DNA from: Bdellovibrio sp.
GTDB taxonomy: Bacteria > Bdellovibrionota > Bdellovibrionia > Bdellovibrionales > Bdellovibrionaceae
Assembly (NCBI GenBank): GCA_036676395.1
Contig: JAKFCY010000002.1
Coordinates: 480,001-544,000, forward strand
Reading direction: 5' to 3'
Length of the DNA: 64,000 nucleotides
Both the position numbers and the translations under genes were made by a program. Below the pieces are notes generated by a model that saw only the letters and a program-made list of their open reading frames with translations, was not told the DNA's origin and ran no database searches. This document shows, piece by piece, positions 49,695-58,966 of this stretch (its first letter is position 1; the number at the start of each line of letters is the position of its first letter).

Positions 49695-50276
49695 ATGCAA
49701 AAAAAGATTCTGATTCTACAAGGCCATCCAGACAAGCAAAGTTTTAACCACGCTCTACATACCGCTTATAAACAAGGGGCGTTAAAGGCGGGCGCCCAAG
49801 TTGAAGAGATTTTTGTTGGAGATTTAGATTTTAAATTAAATTTACAATATGGTTATCGCCAGCGTACAGAACTCGAGCCTTGTTTGATCGAGGCTCAGAA
49901 AAAAATTACTTGGGCTGATCATATCGTCGTGATTTATCCAGTTTGGTGGGGAGCAGTTCCTGCGGTTTTAAAAGGTTTTTTTGACCGCGTGATGCTGCCT
50001 GGGTTTGCTTTTCAAAAAAGAGAGAACTCGGTGTGGTGGGATAAACTATTAACGGGAAAAACAGCGCGCATTATTTCAACGATGGATCAGCCGCCCTGGT
50101 ATTACTTTTTAGTGTATGGTTCGCCCACACATCGCGCGGTGAAAAAACTGACTTTAGAATTTTGTGGGGTAAAGCCTGTGAAGATAACTTCGATTGGACC
50201 GGTTCGTCTTTCGAAAGAAGAGTTTCGAACAAACTGGCTGAGAAAAGTTGAAGAGATAGGGTTCACACAAAAATAA
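49695..50276 (+). CDS. NAD(P)H-dependent oxidoreductase (flavodoxin-2 family)
   Basis: GHPD..SFN; YPVWWG.VPAVLKGFFDRV. Start moved to ATG 49695. Confidence 0.92.
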   Translation: MQKKILILQGHPDKQSFNHALHTAYKQGALKAGAQVEEIFVGDLDFKLNLQYGYRQRTELEPCLIEAQKKITWADHIVVIYPVWWGAVPAVLKGFFDRVMLPGFAFQKRENSVWWDKLLTGKTARIISTMDQPPWYYFLVYGSPTHRAVKKLTLEFCGVKPVKITSIGPVRLSKEEFRTNWLRKVEEIGFTQK

Positions 50277-50283
50277 TTTAGAT

Positions 50284-50316
50284 AAAAAAAAGGAGAGTGA
50301 AAACTCTCCTTTTTTT
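50284..50316. terminator. Bidirectional intrinsic terminator
   Basis: A-tract-ggagagt-gaaa-actctcc-T-tract between convergent genes. Confidence 0.88.
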
Positions 50317-50353
50317 ATGACTTGCTGTGACCAGAAAGAGGGCCTGGCACCGA

Positions 50354-51235
50354 TTAGCTAGCTTGTAATTTAGCGATACGTTGGGCTAATGGCGGATGTG
50401 TTCTTAACAGATCGACCAATTTTGCTTTACGATCTGAAATTTGGAACGTAGCAAGTGGTTGCTCTTCAGGAATAGGCGCTGTTTCGTTTTGCAAACGTTG
50501 AAGCGCTCTGATCATTTTATCTTTACCGCCAAGGCGGGCTCCGCCGGCATCGGCGCGAAATTCACGGTAGCGTGAGAACGCAGATACAACAAACATACCT
50601 AAGATATTAAATACGATATCTAAAATTAAAGTCGCTACCCAGCGAACTGTGTGCGCGCTTTTTTCTTCGACTTGTGTTGATAATAAATGACCAATTACAC
50701 GTGCTAAGAACATACCGAATGCATTCACTACGCCTTGAACAAGTGTCATGGTGACCATGTCACCGTTGGCAACGTGGGCGATTTCGTGGGCGATAACGCC
50801 TTCGACTTCGTCTTTGTTCATTTTATTCATTAAGCCTGTTGATACAGCGACTAGTGAATTTGAACGGCTTGGGCCTGTGGCGAAAGCGTTCATTTCGGGG
50901 CTGTCAAAGACGCCGACTTCAGGCATTTTTGCTAATTCGGCATTTCTAGCCAAACGGTAGACCGTTTGAATAAGCCATTGTGCTTCTGGTTCGCGAGCAT
51001 CTGCGGGAATAATTTTTACTCCCATCATCTTTTTTGCCATGAATTTCGACAACAATAGAGAAATAAAAGCACCACCAAAACCCCAAACTAAACAGAATGC
51101 GGCAAGTGAGGCGTAATTAATGCCATAAGCTTGTAAGTAAGGCTGAACGCCAAGAACATTAAGGATAATGTTAATAGTGATCATGATCAGGACGTTAACA
51201 ATAATTATCATCCCAAAACGCTTTAAAAAGTTCAT
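50354..51235 (-). CDS. htpX: Protease HtpX (M48)
   Basis: NAFATG, AHEIAHVANGDMVT, SRYREFRAD and THPPL..RI. Confidence 0.96.
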   Translation of the reverse strand: MNFLKRFGMIIIVNVLIMITINIILNVLGVQPYLQAYGINYASLAAFCLVWGFGGAFISLLLSKFMAKKMMGVKIIPADAREPEAQWLIQTVYRLARNAELAKMPEVGVFDSPEMNAFATGPSRSNSLVAVSTGLMNKMNKDEVEGVIAHEIAHVANGDMVTMTLVQGVVNAFGMFLARVIGHLLSTQVEEKSAHTVRWVATLILDIVFNILGMFVVSAFSRYREFRADAGGARLGGKDKMIRALQRLQNETAPIPEEQPLATFQISDRKAKLVDLLRTHPPLAQRIAKLQAS

Positions 51236-51444
51236 TTGAGTCTCCTGCGTGCACTCAGCACGACTTAAATTACTTACCTAAAGGTGAGTTGTTATAGTTT
51301 AGAGTCAAGTCGGGGAATGCGCAAATGCAAACGAACTGAGCAAGCGGGTGCATTACTTTGGGATGGTTCCAAACTGGTGCTGGATCGCCTAAATACGCTT
51401 TTAATTGTGGTAACTGCCTAGGGGATTTGTTATATTTTTTTCGC

Positions 51445-52545
51445 ATGAAAAAAACGTCAGTTTCATCTTCGAAAAAGTCTGCATCAGCAAACAAAGCCTT
51501 GCTGATGAAAAATAAACCCACAGAAAAAGTTAAACCTGCGGCCAAAATTAATTTTGGCGGTTTAAGTAAAGAACTTTTATTAACTATGCATTCAAACATG
51601 GTTAAGACACGTGTTCTTGAAGAGCGTTTAATTAAAATCTATCGCGCCGGAGAATCATTTTTCTGGATCGGTGGGCCTGGTGAAGAAGCTTGGGGAGTTC
51701 CATTGGGAATGTTGGCTAAAAAAGGCCAAGGCCCTGAGTATGATTATTTACATTTACACTACCGCTGTTCGCCGACACTTATCGCGATGGGTTTAGATAT
51801 GGTTGATTCGATTCGTTTAATGATGAATCGCGTGACTGACCCCAATACCGGCGGAAGAAATTTCTCGAATCACTTTGCGATTTCAAAATGGAATATTGCA
51901 CCGGTGACGTCGCCGTTAGAAGTGCAATACCCAATTGCTTGCGGAACAGCTCACGTGCAAAAACGCACAGGCAAAAAAGCCATCACGATCGTAACTGGTG
52001 GTGATGCGGGAACTGCAGAGGGTGACTTCGCATCAAGCTTAATTTTAGCTTCGCGTAAAGGCCAAGAGCTTCCGATGTTAATCACAGTACAAAATAACAA
52101 ATGGGGAATTTCGACTTGTTACGATGGTCAACATGGCGAAAATTTTATCGCTGATCGCGCACGTGCATTTAATATTAAATCACAAGTGATCAACGGCAAT
52201 GATCCCGTTGAAGTTTACTTAACGGTAAAAGAAGATATGGAATACATTCGTAAAACAGGAAAGCCTGCCTTTATCGAAGCGATGGTTTCACGTCTTTATG
52301 GACACTCATCTGCGTCGGGTGCAAATCCAATTCAGAACGAAGTTGATCCGGTAAAAGATTTCGAGAAAAAATTATTACAAGCTGGGCTTTTAAAAGAATC
52401 TGAAGTTAAAGAACTTTGGGCTAACTTTGAAGCTGAAGGCGTGCGTGCAACTGAAATCGCACGTTCTGAAGGTGTACCAAGTGCAGATAGCATCTGGGAA
52501 AACACATACGTGAATAGTGAAAATGCAGATTGGAGAAAATTCTAA
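51445..52545 (+). CDS. 2-oxoacid (probably branched-chain) dehydrogenase E1 alpha
   Basis: TPP motif GDAGTAEGDF...NNKWGIS; RLYGHSS. Start at MKKTS or later. Confidence 0.88.
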   Translation: MKKTSVSSSKKSASANKALLMKNKPTEKVKPAAKINFGGLSKELLLTMHSNMVKTRVLEERLIKIYRAGESFFWIGGPGEEAWGVPLGMLAKKGQGPEYDYLHLHYRCSPTLIAMGLDMVDSIRLMMNRVTDPNTGGRNFSNHFAISKWNIAPVTSPLEVQYPIACGTAHVQKRTGKKAITIVTGGDAGTAEGDFASSLILASRKGQELPMLITVQNNKWGISTCYDGQHGENFIADRARAFNIKSQVINGNDPVEVYLTVKEDMEYIRKTGKPAFIEAMVSRLYGHSSASGANPIQNEVDPVKDFEKKLLQAGLLKESEVKELWANFEAEGVRATEIARSEGVPSADSIWENTYVNSENADWRKF

Positions 52546-53600
52546 TGGCAAATATGGCTCAAGCCATTCGATTGGCTCTTCATTACGCTGAAAATAATTA
52601 CGATTTAAAAGATGTTTTCGGACAAGATGTGGGCGCTCCATTAGGAGGCGTTTTCACAGCCACCCAAGGTGTTAAATGCGCTTGGAATTCTCCGTTAGAT
52701 GAACGTGGAATTATCGGCATGGCCATGGGTATTGCTATGACCGGAGACCGTTGTGTCGCTGAAATTCAATTCGTCGATTATATTTTCAATACAATCGATT
52801 TATTAAAAATCGCCGGCAATACTTTATGGTGCACGAACGGTCAGTTTAACTTACCAATGACGGTCATGAGCCCGGTAGGTGCCGGTATTCGTGGATCTGT
52901 GTACCATTCGCATTCATTCGATGCTTGGGCTTCGCGCTTAGCTGGATGGAAAGTGGTGATGCCGTCTAATCCTCTGGATGCTTACGGTTTATTATTATCA
53001 TGTATTTTGGATCCGAACCCGACGATGTTTTTAAAGCCTAAAGCTTTAATGCGTGTTCGTGGTGAAGAATTAATTCCTGGTGAACCATCGGATGAAAAAG
53101 AATTAAAAAATATGATCGATGCTCCAATCGGAGATCGTTCAACTTGGAAAGCCAACTGGCCTAAAATTCAAGAATATCTTGTTCCTTTCGGAGTAGGTAA
53201 AATCACTCGCACGGGATCACAGATCACTGTGGTTTCTTACGGCCGGCATTTATTACTTTGTAATGAAGTGGCTGATCAATTAGCGGCTGAAGGTTATTCA
53301 GTGGAAGTGATCGATTTACGTTCGATTTATCCGTATGACTGGCAGATGATAAAGTCTTCTGTGCAAAAAACTGGTCGCGTATTATTTGTGAATGAAGACA
53401 CTGAAGTAACGAACTTTGGTGAGCATTTAGCTTACCGTGTAACACAGGAATTATTCTATGAATTACAAGCTCGTCCTCGCGTAGTAGCAGGAAAACATGT
53501 TCCGGGAATTGGTTTGCATCCAAATCTTGAAGATGCAAGCGTTCCACAAAAACATGAAATCGCTGAAGCAATTCGCGAAATTTGCGGCGAAGTCCCGTAG
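52545..53600 (+). CDS. 2-oxoacid dehydrogenase E1 beta
   Basis: FGQDVG..GGVF.AT, EIQFVDYI, HSHS and EVIDLRSI; TAATG overlap with the alpha gene. Confidence 0.92.
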   Translation: MANMAQAIRLALHYAENNYDLKDVFGQDVGAPLGGVFTATQGVKCAWNSPLDERGIIGMAMGIAMTGDRCVAEIQFVDYIFNTIDLLKIAGNTLWCTNGQFNLPMTVMSPVGAGIRGSVYHSHSFDAWASRLAGWKVVMPSNPLDAYGLLLSCILDPNPTMFLKPKALMRVRGEELIPGEPSDEKELKNMIDAPIGDRSTWKANWPKIQEYLVPFGVGKITRTGSQITVVSYGRHLLLCNEVADQLAAEGYSVEVIDLRSIYPYDWQMIKSSVQKTGRVLFVNEDTEVTNFGEHLAYRVTQELFYELQARPRVVAGKHVPGIGLHPNLEDASVPQKHEIAEAIREICGEVP

Positions 53601-53615
53601 AAAGATATTAGATAT

Positions 53616-54446
53616 ATGGCAAGGACGACAACTCAGAAAAAACCTCGTGTACGTAAGCTTCCTTTTGATAAGTATGATCTTTATTTAAATGCTGTGCAGT
53701 CTCCGGATGGAGATGTTCAGTTTTACCGCGAGCGCTACAAAGAATTTTTTGGCGCTCCGAAAAAAGGTTTAACTTTACGTGAAGATTTTTGCGCCGGTGG
53801 TGCGATTAGCTGTGAGTGGGTTAAACTTCATAAAGATAATACCTCTTGTGGTTTAGATCTTGATGATGAGCCAATGAATTACGGCCGTCAAAATTATATT
53901 TCAAAACTTACACCTGAACAGCAAAAGCGTGTCGTGCTTATTAATAAAAATGTATTGCACCCGGGGCTTCCGAAAGCTGATATCGCGGCAGCTACAAATT
54001 TTTCGTATTATATTTTCAGAGACCGTAAAACGTTAACTGCCTATTTTAAAAACGTTTATTCTTCGATTCAGAAAAAAGGTCTATTCATCGTTGATATGTT
54101 CGGCGGTACGGCTTGTACTGATGCTTCTCAGGATCGCATTCCAATCAGAAGCGGATTTACTTACTATTGGGAACAAAAAGATTTTGATCCGGTAACTAAC
54201 TACGCTAATTTTGGAATTCATTTTCGTTACAAAGGTAAAATGTATAAAAATGTTTTTACCTATGAGTGGCGTATGTGGACCATTGCTGAAATCAGAGAAA
54301 TGATGATTGAAGCAGGTTTTGACGATGCGGTTGTATACTGGGAAGGCTCTAAGCGTGATGGTTCTGGAAACGGTGTATTCACACGTGTAACTGAAGGCGA
54401 AGCTTGTTTAAGCTGGATTGCCTACGTTATCGGGGTCAAAAAATAA
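53616..54446 (+). CDS. Class I SAM-dependent methyltransferase
   Basis: LY..AVQSP, LREDFCAGG and GLDLD. Confidence 0.8.
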   Translation: MARTTTQKKPRVRKLPFDKYDLYLNAVQSPDGDVQFYRERYKEFFGAPKKGLTLREDFCAGGAISCEWVKLHKDNTSCGLDLDDEPMNYGRQNYISKLTPEQQKRVVLINKNVLHPGLPKADIAAATNFSYYIFRDRKTLTAYFKNVYSSIQKKGLFIVDMFGGTACTDASQDRIPIRSGFTYYWEQKDFDPVTNYANFGIHFRYKGKMYKNVFTYEWRMWTIAEIREMMIEAGFDDAVVYWEGSKRDGSGNGVFTRVTEGEACLSWIAYVIGVKK

Positions 54447-54820
54447 TGAAGCAAACCCTAAGAATTAATTCTTATGAAGTTTGGATGAGTTTGGGTGTCA
54501 CTAAAGACGAACAAACTAATCTTCAGCCCGTGCATTTTGATATTACTTTGCAATTTGATAAACCGGTAAAAGGGTCGGCAAGCGACAATTTAGATGATGC
54601 GATTAACTATGTTGATCTTGCATATCATGTAAAAAAAGTCGCAACGACCAGGCCTTTTAATTTGATTGAGAACGTTTGTTTTATTACTCATCAACATTTG
54701 ACTGAGTATTTAAAAACACATGGCTTTGCCGGCGAATTAACCACTGAAGCTACGAAAGTGCGCGTTCCGGTGGCCTCATTGCTTGGTGGAGTCAAATTTA
54801 CATGTCAAAGCACAGTGTAG
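54446..54820 (+). CDS. folB: Dihydroneopterin aldolase
   Basis: LGVTKDEQ..LQPV.FDI, SDNLDDAINY and FNLIE; TAATG overlap. Confidence 0.88.
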   Translation: MKQTLRINSYEVWMSLGVTKDEQTNLQPVHFDITLQFDKPVKGSASDNLDDAINYVDLAYHVKKVATTRPFNLIENVCFITHQHLTEYLKTHGFAGELTTEATKVRVPVASLLGGVKFTCQSTV

Positions 54821-56091
54821 TTTTAGGTCTTGGGTCTAATATTGAACCGATTAAACATTTACGTTCAGCTCTAGCTGAAATTAAGCGCTTATCTGGAGTC
54901 ACTGTAGTTAATGTTGCCAGTATTTATGAATCCGATGCGCTATTACCTGAAAATGCACCCAACACCTGGAATAAAAAATATTTAAACTCTGCTGTTGAAA
55001 TAGAAGTCGTAAACTTTGAGCCGTTAAAGTTATTAAAAGATATTAAAGTTATCGAACAAAAACTAGGGCGTGCCGGAACAGATCGCTGGGCTCCTCGTAA
55101 TATCGATATTGATATCTTATGGGTACAGGATTTTACATTTAACAATGAAGCTTTAAACATCCCGCATGCGCAGATTTTAAATCGTCCGTTTGCTTTACTT
55201 CCGTTATTAGAATTACGTCCGGATTTTCCGTTTAATGAGCCCGATTGGATGTGGCAAAATCCGAAGCCTTTTCACACGGCGATTTCTAAAAAGTATGTTT
55301 GGCCAAAGTTCGCCGGAATTTTAAATATCACCGATGATTCTTTCTCGGGTGATGGGGTAATGACATCGGTCACCCAGCGCTTAGGTGAGCTTCTTGATGC
55401 AGGGGCTGAGATTATCGATATCGGAGCCGAATCAACGCGCCCCGGGGCTTTGGTGATTGATCCTGATGTTGAGATCAGACGTTTGATATTTACCTTAGAT
55501 ACGATTAATAAATATAAAACAGATTACAATCGTCAGTTTGAAATTTCGATTGATTCGCGTAAGCCAGAAGTGATGCAAAAAATTGTGAATAACTATCACA
55601 TAGATTACATCAATGATGTCGAAGGCTTTCGCCAACCACAGATGCGTGAATTATTAAAGCTAACTTCGGCGAAAGCGATTTGTATGCACTCGTTTTCTGT
55701 GCCACCAATTAAAACCGAAACGATTTCTGAAAACGAAGATGTTTGGATTTATTTAACCCAGTGGTGGGAAAACCAAAAAGAATTATTTTCGAAAGATAAT
55801 ATCGCGCTTGATCGGATGATTTTTGATCCCGGCATTGGTTTTGGCAAAACGCCCCAGCAGAGCGTAGATATCCTGAATTACCTGGAAGGTTTTAGCAGTA
55901 TTCGCGAAGAAATTTATCTGGGCTATTCGCGTAAATCATTTTTAAGTCTAATGACCGATAAGCCAGCTGCTGAGCGCGACCCTGAAACAGCCTTGGTGAC
56001 GGAGGCGATTAACCAAGCCTATGCGCAGTACTTACGAGTGCACGATGTGGCACAGAATAAGCAAGCCCTTACAGTAAGGACACTGTTATGA
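54802..56091 (+). CDS. folKP: Bifunctional HPPK-DHPS (FolK-FolP fusion)
   Basis: N-terminal LGLGSNI, PRNIDIDIL and PH; C-terminal GILNITDDSFSGDG, DIGAESTRPG, DPGIGFGK, SRKSF and RVHDV. Confidence 0.93.
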   Translation: MSKHSVVLGLGSNIEPIKHLRSALAEIKRLSGVTVVNVASIYESDALLPENAPNTWNKKYLNSAVEIEVVNFEPLKLLKDIKVIEQKLGRAGTDRWAPRNIDIDILWVQDFTFNNEALNIPHAQILNRPFALLPLLELRPDFPFNEPDWMWQNPKPFHTAISKKYVWPKFAGILNITDDSFSGDGVMTSVTQRLGELLDAGAEIIDIGAESTRPGALVIDPDVEIRRLIFTLDTINKYKTDYNRQFEISIDSRKPEVMQKIVNNYHIDYINDVEGFRQPQMRELLKLTSAKAICMHSFSVPPIKTETISENEDVWIYLTQWWENQKELFSKDNIALDRMIFDPGIGFGKTPQQSVDILNYLEGFSSIREEIYLGYSRKSFLSLMTDKPAAERDPETALVTEAINQAYAQYLRVHDVAQNKQALTVRTLL

Positions 56092-57347
56092 AAGAATTAA
56101 CATTTAATGCTGCTGTCGCAGAGCTTGAAGCTTTAAGCATTATGCCAAAGTCGATGCCTGGTTTGGATAAACTAAACCAAGCCTTGCAACATAAGACTTG
56201 GTTTCAAGATTTGCCCGCAGAAAAAATTATCACGGTAGCGGGAACCAATGGCAAAGGCACGACCTGTGCTGCGTTGCAGACGTTATTGTTATCTGCAGGT
56301 AAAAAAATAGGATTATACACTTCGCCGCATTTAATTTCGACCACCGAAAGAATTCGTGTCAATGGTGAGCCGGTTTCAGAAGCCCAATTTATTCAGCTCT
56401 ACCAAGAAAATAAGCATTTAATCGCCCAGTATGAGTTAACGCATTTTGAAAGTTTAACTTTAATGGCTGCAGATTGTTTTTTTTCAAAGAACAATCTGGA
56501 TTACGTGATTTTTGAAGTGGGCCTTGGCGGTACTTATGACGCTACTAATGTGTTTCCTAATCGCTATTCAATAATTACCGCCCTGGCGATGGATCATCAA
56601 AATATTTTAGGTAATACGGTGTTAGAGATTGCTCAGAATAAGTTTGGTATTATTAAATCAAATTCAAAAGTAATTCATCATCCATTGCCTCCAGAAGTGT
56701 TTGCTTTATTTTCTGAAGTTTTAAGTAAAACTAATTCGCAGGCTATTGCGGCAGTGCCTGGCACCGTGACATGTGAAAAATCTTTTGAGCCCTATTGGTT
56801 TTTACAAACTCCTTGGGGAAAAACCATGATTAATCTTCCCGGGCAGCGGGCTTGCGATAATATCATGACCGCGCTGACCGTGTTTGAAGAATTAGGCTTT
56901 GAACCACAAGATCATTTGCATAGTTTAGAAAATATCCCGTGGCAGGGTCGTATGCAAAAAATCAAATGGCCACATATTCCGGCTCCGGTTTATTTATCGG
57001 GTGATCACAATATTCAAGGCGTGCAAAGCTTAGCGCATATCCTGCACTATTTTGAATGGAATGAATTGCATCTGGTTGTGGGCATTGGCCAGGATAAAGC
57101 TGCTGAAGAAATGTTACGTATTTTATTTGCGCTACCGCGCATGAAGCTGCATTTAACGATGACGCCATTTAAAGGTCGCACCGTGATGGATTATCCGGAA
57201 GAACTTCGTACAAAAGCGGCGAGTGAAAATGATGACGTGATCAAGTTATTGAATTCATTATCTGTAACTAAAAATGACTTAGTCGTGGTGACTGGCTCGC
57301 TTTACTTAGTTGGCCAAGTGTTGAGCGAGCTTTCAGTAAATTCTTAG
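56088..57347 (+). CDS. folC: Folylpolyglutamate synthase / dihydrofolate synthase
   Basis: VAGTNGKGTT, YTSPHL...ERIR, EVGLGG.YDATN and TGSLYLVG. Confidence 0.95.
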   Translation: MKELTFNAAVAELEALSIMPKSMPGLDKLNQALQHKTWFQDLPAEKIITVAGTNGKGTTCAALQTLLLSAGKKIGLYTSPHLISTTERIRVNGEPVSEAQFIQLYQENKHLIAQYELTHFESLTLMAADCFFSKNNLDYVIFEVGLGGTYDATNVFPNRYSIITALAMDHQNILGNTVLEIAQNKFGIIKSNSKVIHHPLPPEVFALFSEVLSKTNSQAIAAVPGTVTCEKSFEPYWFLQTPWGKTMINLPGQRACDNIMTALTVFEELGFEPQDHLHSLENIPWQGRMQKIKWPHIPAPVYLSGDHNIQGVQSLAHILHYFEWNELHLVVGIGQDKAAEEMLRILFALPRMKLHLTMTPFKGRTVMDYPEELRTKAASENDDVIKLLNSLSVTKNDLVVVTGSLYLVGQVLSELSVNS

Positions 57348-58072
57348 ATAAATCCAGAATTCGCAATAGCAATAAGTGAACTGATCGAAGTTAAATCGCG
57401 ATCAGCGTAGCGGGTTTTTTCACGTTGGGAGAGGCGCGCAAATTCATTTACTAGTTCATTTAAGCGATCATAAAAAGCAGTTTTTGATTTTTCACTTAAG
57501 CGTAAATACGACAACCGATGCAAATGATCAGCGCTGTTTTTGTGGTTTAAAACTTTTTTCAAAGTGTTTTCTGACCATTCGTGGTTTAGCTTCTTAACTA
57601 AAGGCCCATCGCTGGCCCAGCGAAATAAACCTTTGTGCACTGATACAACCCGTTGGTTTTTTCCGATCTTGATCAGATCTAGGTTTTCTAATTTCATCAA
57701 ATTACGTTGCAGTTGTTCGTTAGTTAGCTTTTCAGATTTTTTAATCACGTCTAAGGTTTTTTCTTCGACGGCTAAAAACCAATACACCCTAAAAAGCAGG
57801 TTGTTTTCAAACAACGCGTTTTCTTGTTTTGGACTTAAGCGCACATTTTTTACTTCGGATTCATCCGCGATTTGAAACAAATCAGCCAGGGAGAGGCCTA
57901 TTAATCTTGTGATTTGTTCCACGCGGGTTAGCGAAATATCTTTGCTTGTTAAAAGTTTTTTTACGCCGGATTCGCTCATCGCTAATTCATCGGCCAGCAT
58001 TTTATAGGTGATTTTTTTCACCTTTAAAACCTTCTTTAACGTTTCGACCACACTGTTTTTAGCCATTACCAT
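57344..58072 (-). CDS. Cro/C1-type HTH transcriptional regulator
   Basis: LK.KKITYKMLADELAMSESGVKKLL HTH. Confidence 0.85.
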   Translation of the reverse strand: MVMAKNSVVETLKKVLKVKKITYKMLADELAMSESGVKKLLTSKDISLTRVEQITRLIGLSLADLFQIADESEVKNVRLSPKQENALFENNLLFRVYWFLAVEEKTLDVIKKSEKLTNEQLQRNLMKLENLDLIKIGKNQRVVSVHKGLFRWASDGPLVKKLNHEWSENTLKKVLNHKNSADHLHRLSYLRLSEKSKTAFYDRLNELVNEFARLSQREKTRYADRDLTSISSLIAIANSGFI

Positions 58073-58103
58073 TACCTGTTTTCTGGCCTTTTCCGGGCCT
58101 AAA

Positions 58104-58120
58104 GTACCTTAATACGGTAC
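58104..58120. promoter_or_regulatory. Candidate operator between the divergent HTH regulator and peptidase
   Basis: GTACC-N7-GGTAC inverted repeat. Confidence 0.5.
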
Positions 58121-58186
58121 CTTTTAAACAAATATATAAGAAAAAGTTCAGAGTTGTTAAGATAAAAGTATAGGTTGGAGGTAAAA

Positions 58187-58966
58187 ATGAGTCGAAAGTC
58201 TAGTTTGATCAAAAATTCTGAACACATAAAAGCCATGCGCAAAGCTTGTGGTATCTCATCACAGCTGCACACGTTATCCATGACAGGAGTGGTTTCGGGG
58301 TTATCTGAAAAAAATCTCGCAGATAAGCTTGTAAGATTTTATAACACCACTGAAGCTGCAAGTTGGGCGTATCCAATGTTAGTCGGCAGCGGAAAACGCA
58401 CGACGATTATTCACGCAAGTCCTACGCAAAAGAAAATACAATCTGGCGAATTAGTTCTGATTGATATGGGAGTTAAGATTGATGGCTTTGCTTCAGATAT
58501 CACACGCACTTGGCCAGTTGATAAAAAATTTACGCGTGAACAGAAAATGATTTATCAAATTGTGTTAAATGCGCAGATGGCTGTGATCAAAGCTGCTAAG
58601 CCTGGTGAAACATTAACTGGCTTACATGAATTATCTCGTCAATATTTGTTAGACGGATTATTACGTCATAAAATTATTGGCAAAGATGAATTGAGTGAGG
58701 TTTTTCCACATAAGACATCACATTGGATCGGACGTTTAGTTCACGATGCTTGCCCATACTTTAATGAAGATCAAACCGCAGTGAAGTTAGTTGCGGGAAT
58801 GGTTTTTACGGTAGAGCCAGGATTATATTTAAAAGATAATTATGGAAAATACAGCAAGATAGGAATTCGCATCGAAGATGTGGTGCTGGTCACTGAAGAT
58901 GGTTGTGAAGTCATCTCCAGTGTAGCCAAAGAAATTGAAGAGATCGAAGAGCTTAGAGCTTATTAA
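58187..58966 (+). CDS. M24 peptidase (aminopeptidase-P-like, catalytic domain only)
   Basis: IDMG, SDITRT, HKTSHWIG..VHD, TVEPGLY and GIRIEDVV; ATG 58187 after ggagg. Confidence 0.9.
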   Translation: MSRKSSLIKNSEHIKAMRKACGISSQLHTLSMTGVVSGLSEKNLADKLVRFYNTTEAASWAYPMLVGSGKRTTIIHASPTQKKIQSGELVLIDMGVKIDGFASDITRTWPVDKKFTREQKMIYQIVLNAQMAVIKAAKPGETLTGLHELSRQYLLDGLLRHKIIGKDELSEVFPHKTSHWIGRLVHDACPYFNEDQTAVKLVAGMVFTVEPGLYLKDNYGKYSKIGIRIEDVVLVTEDGCEVISSVAKEIEEIEELRAY

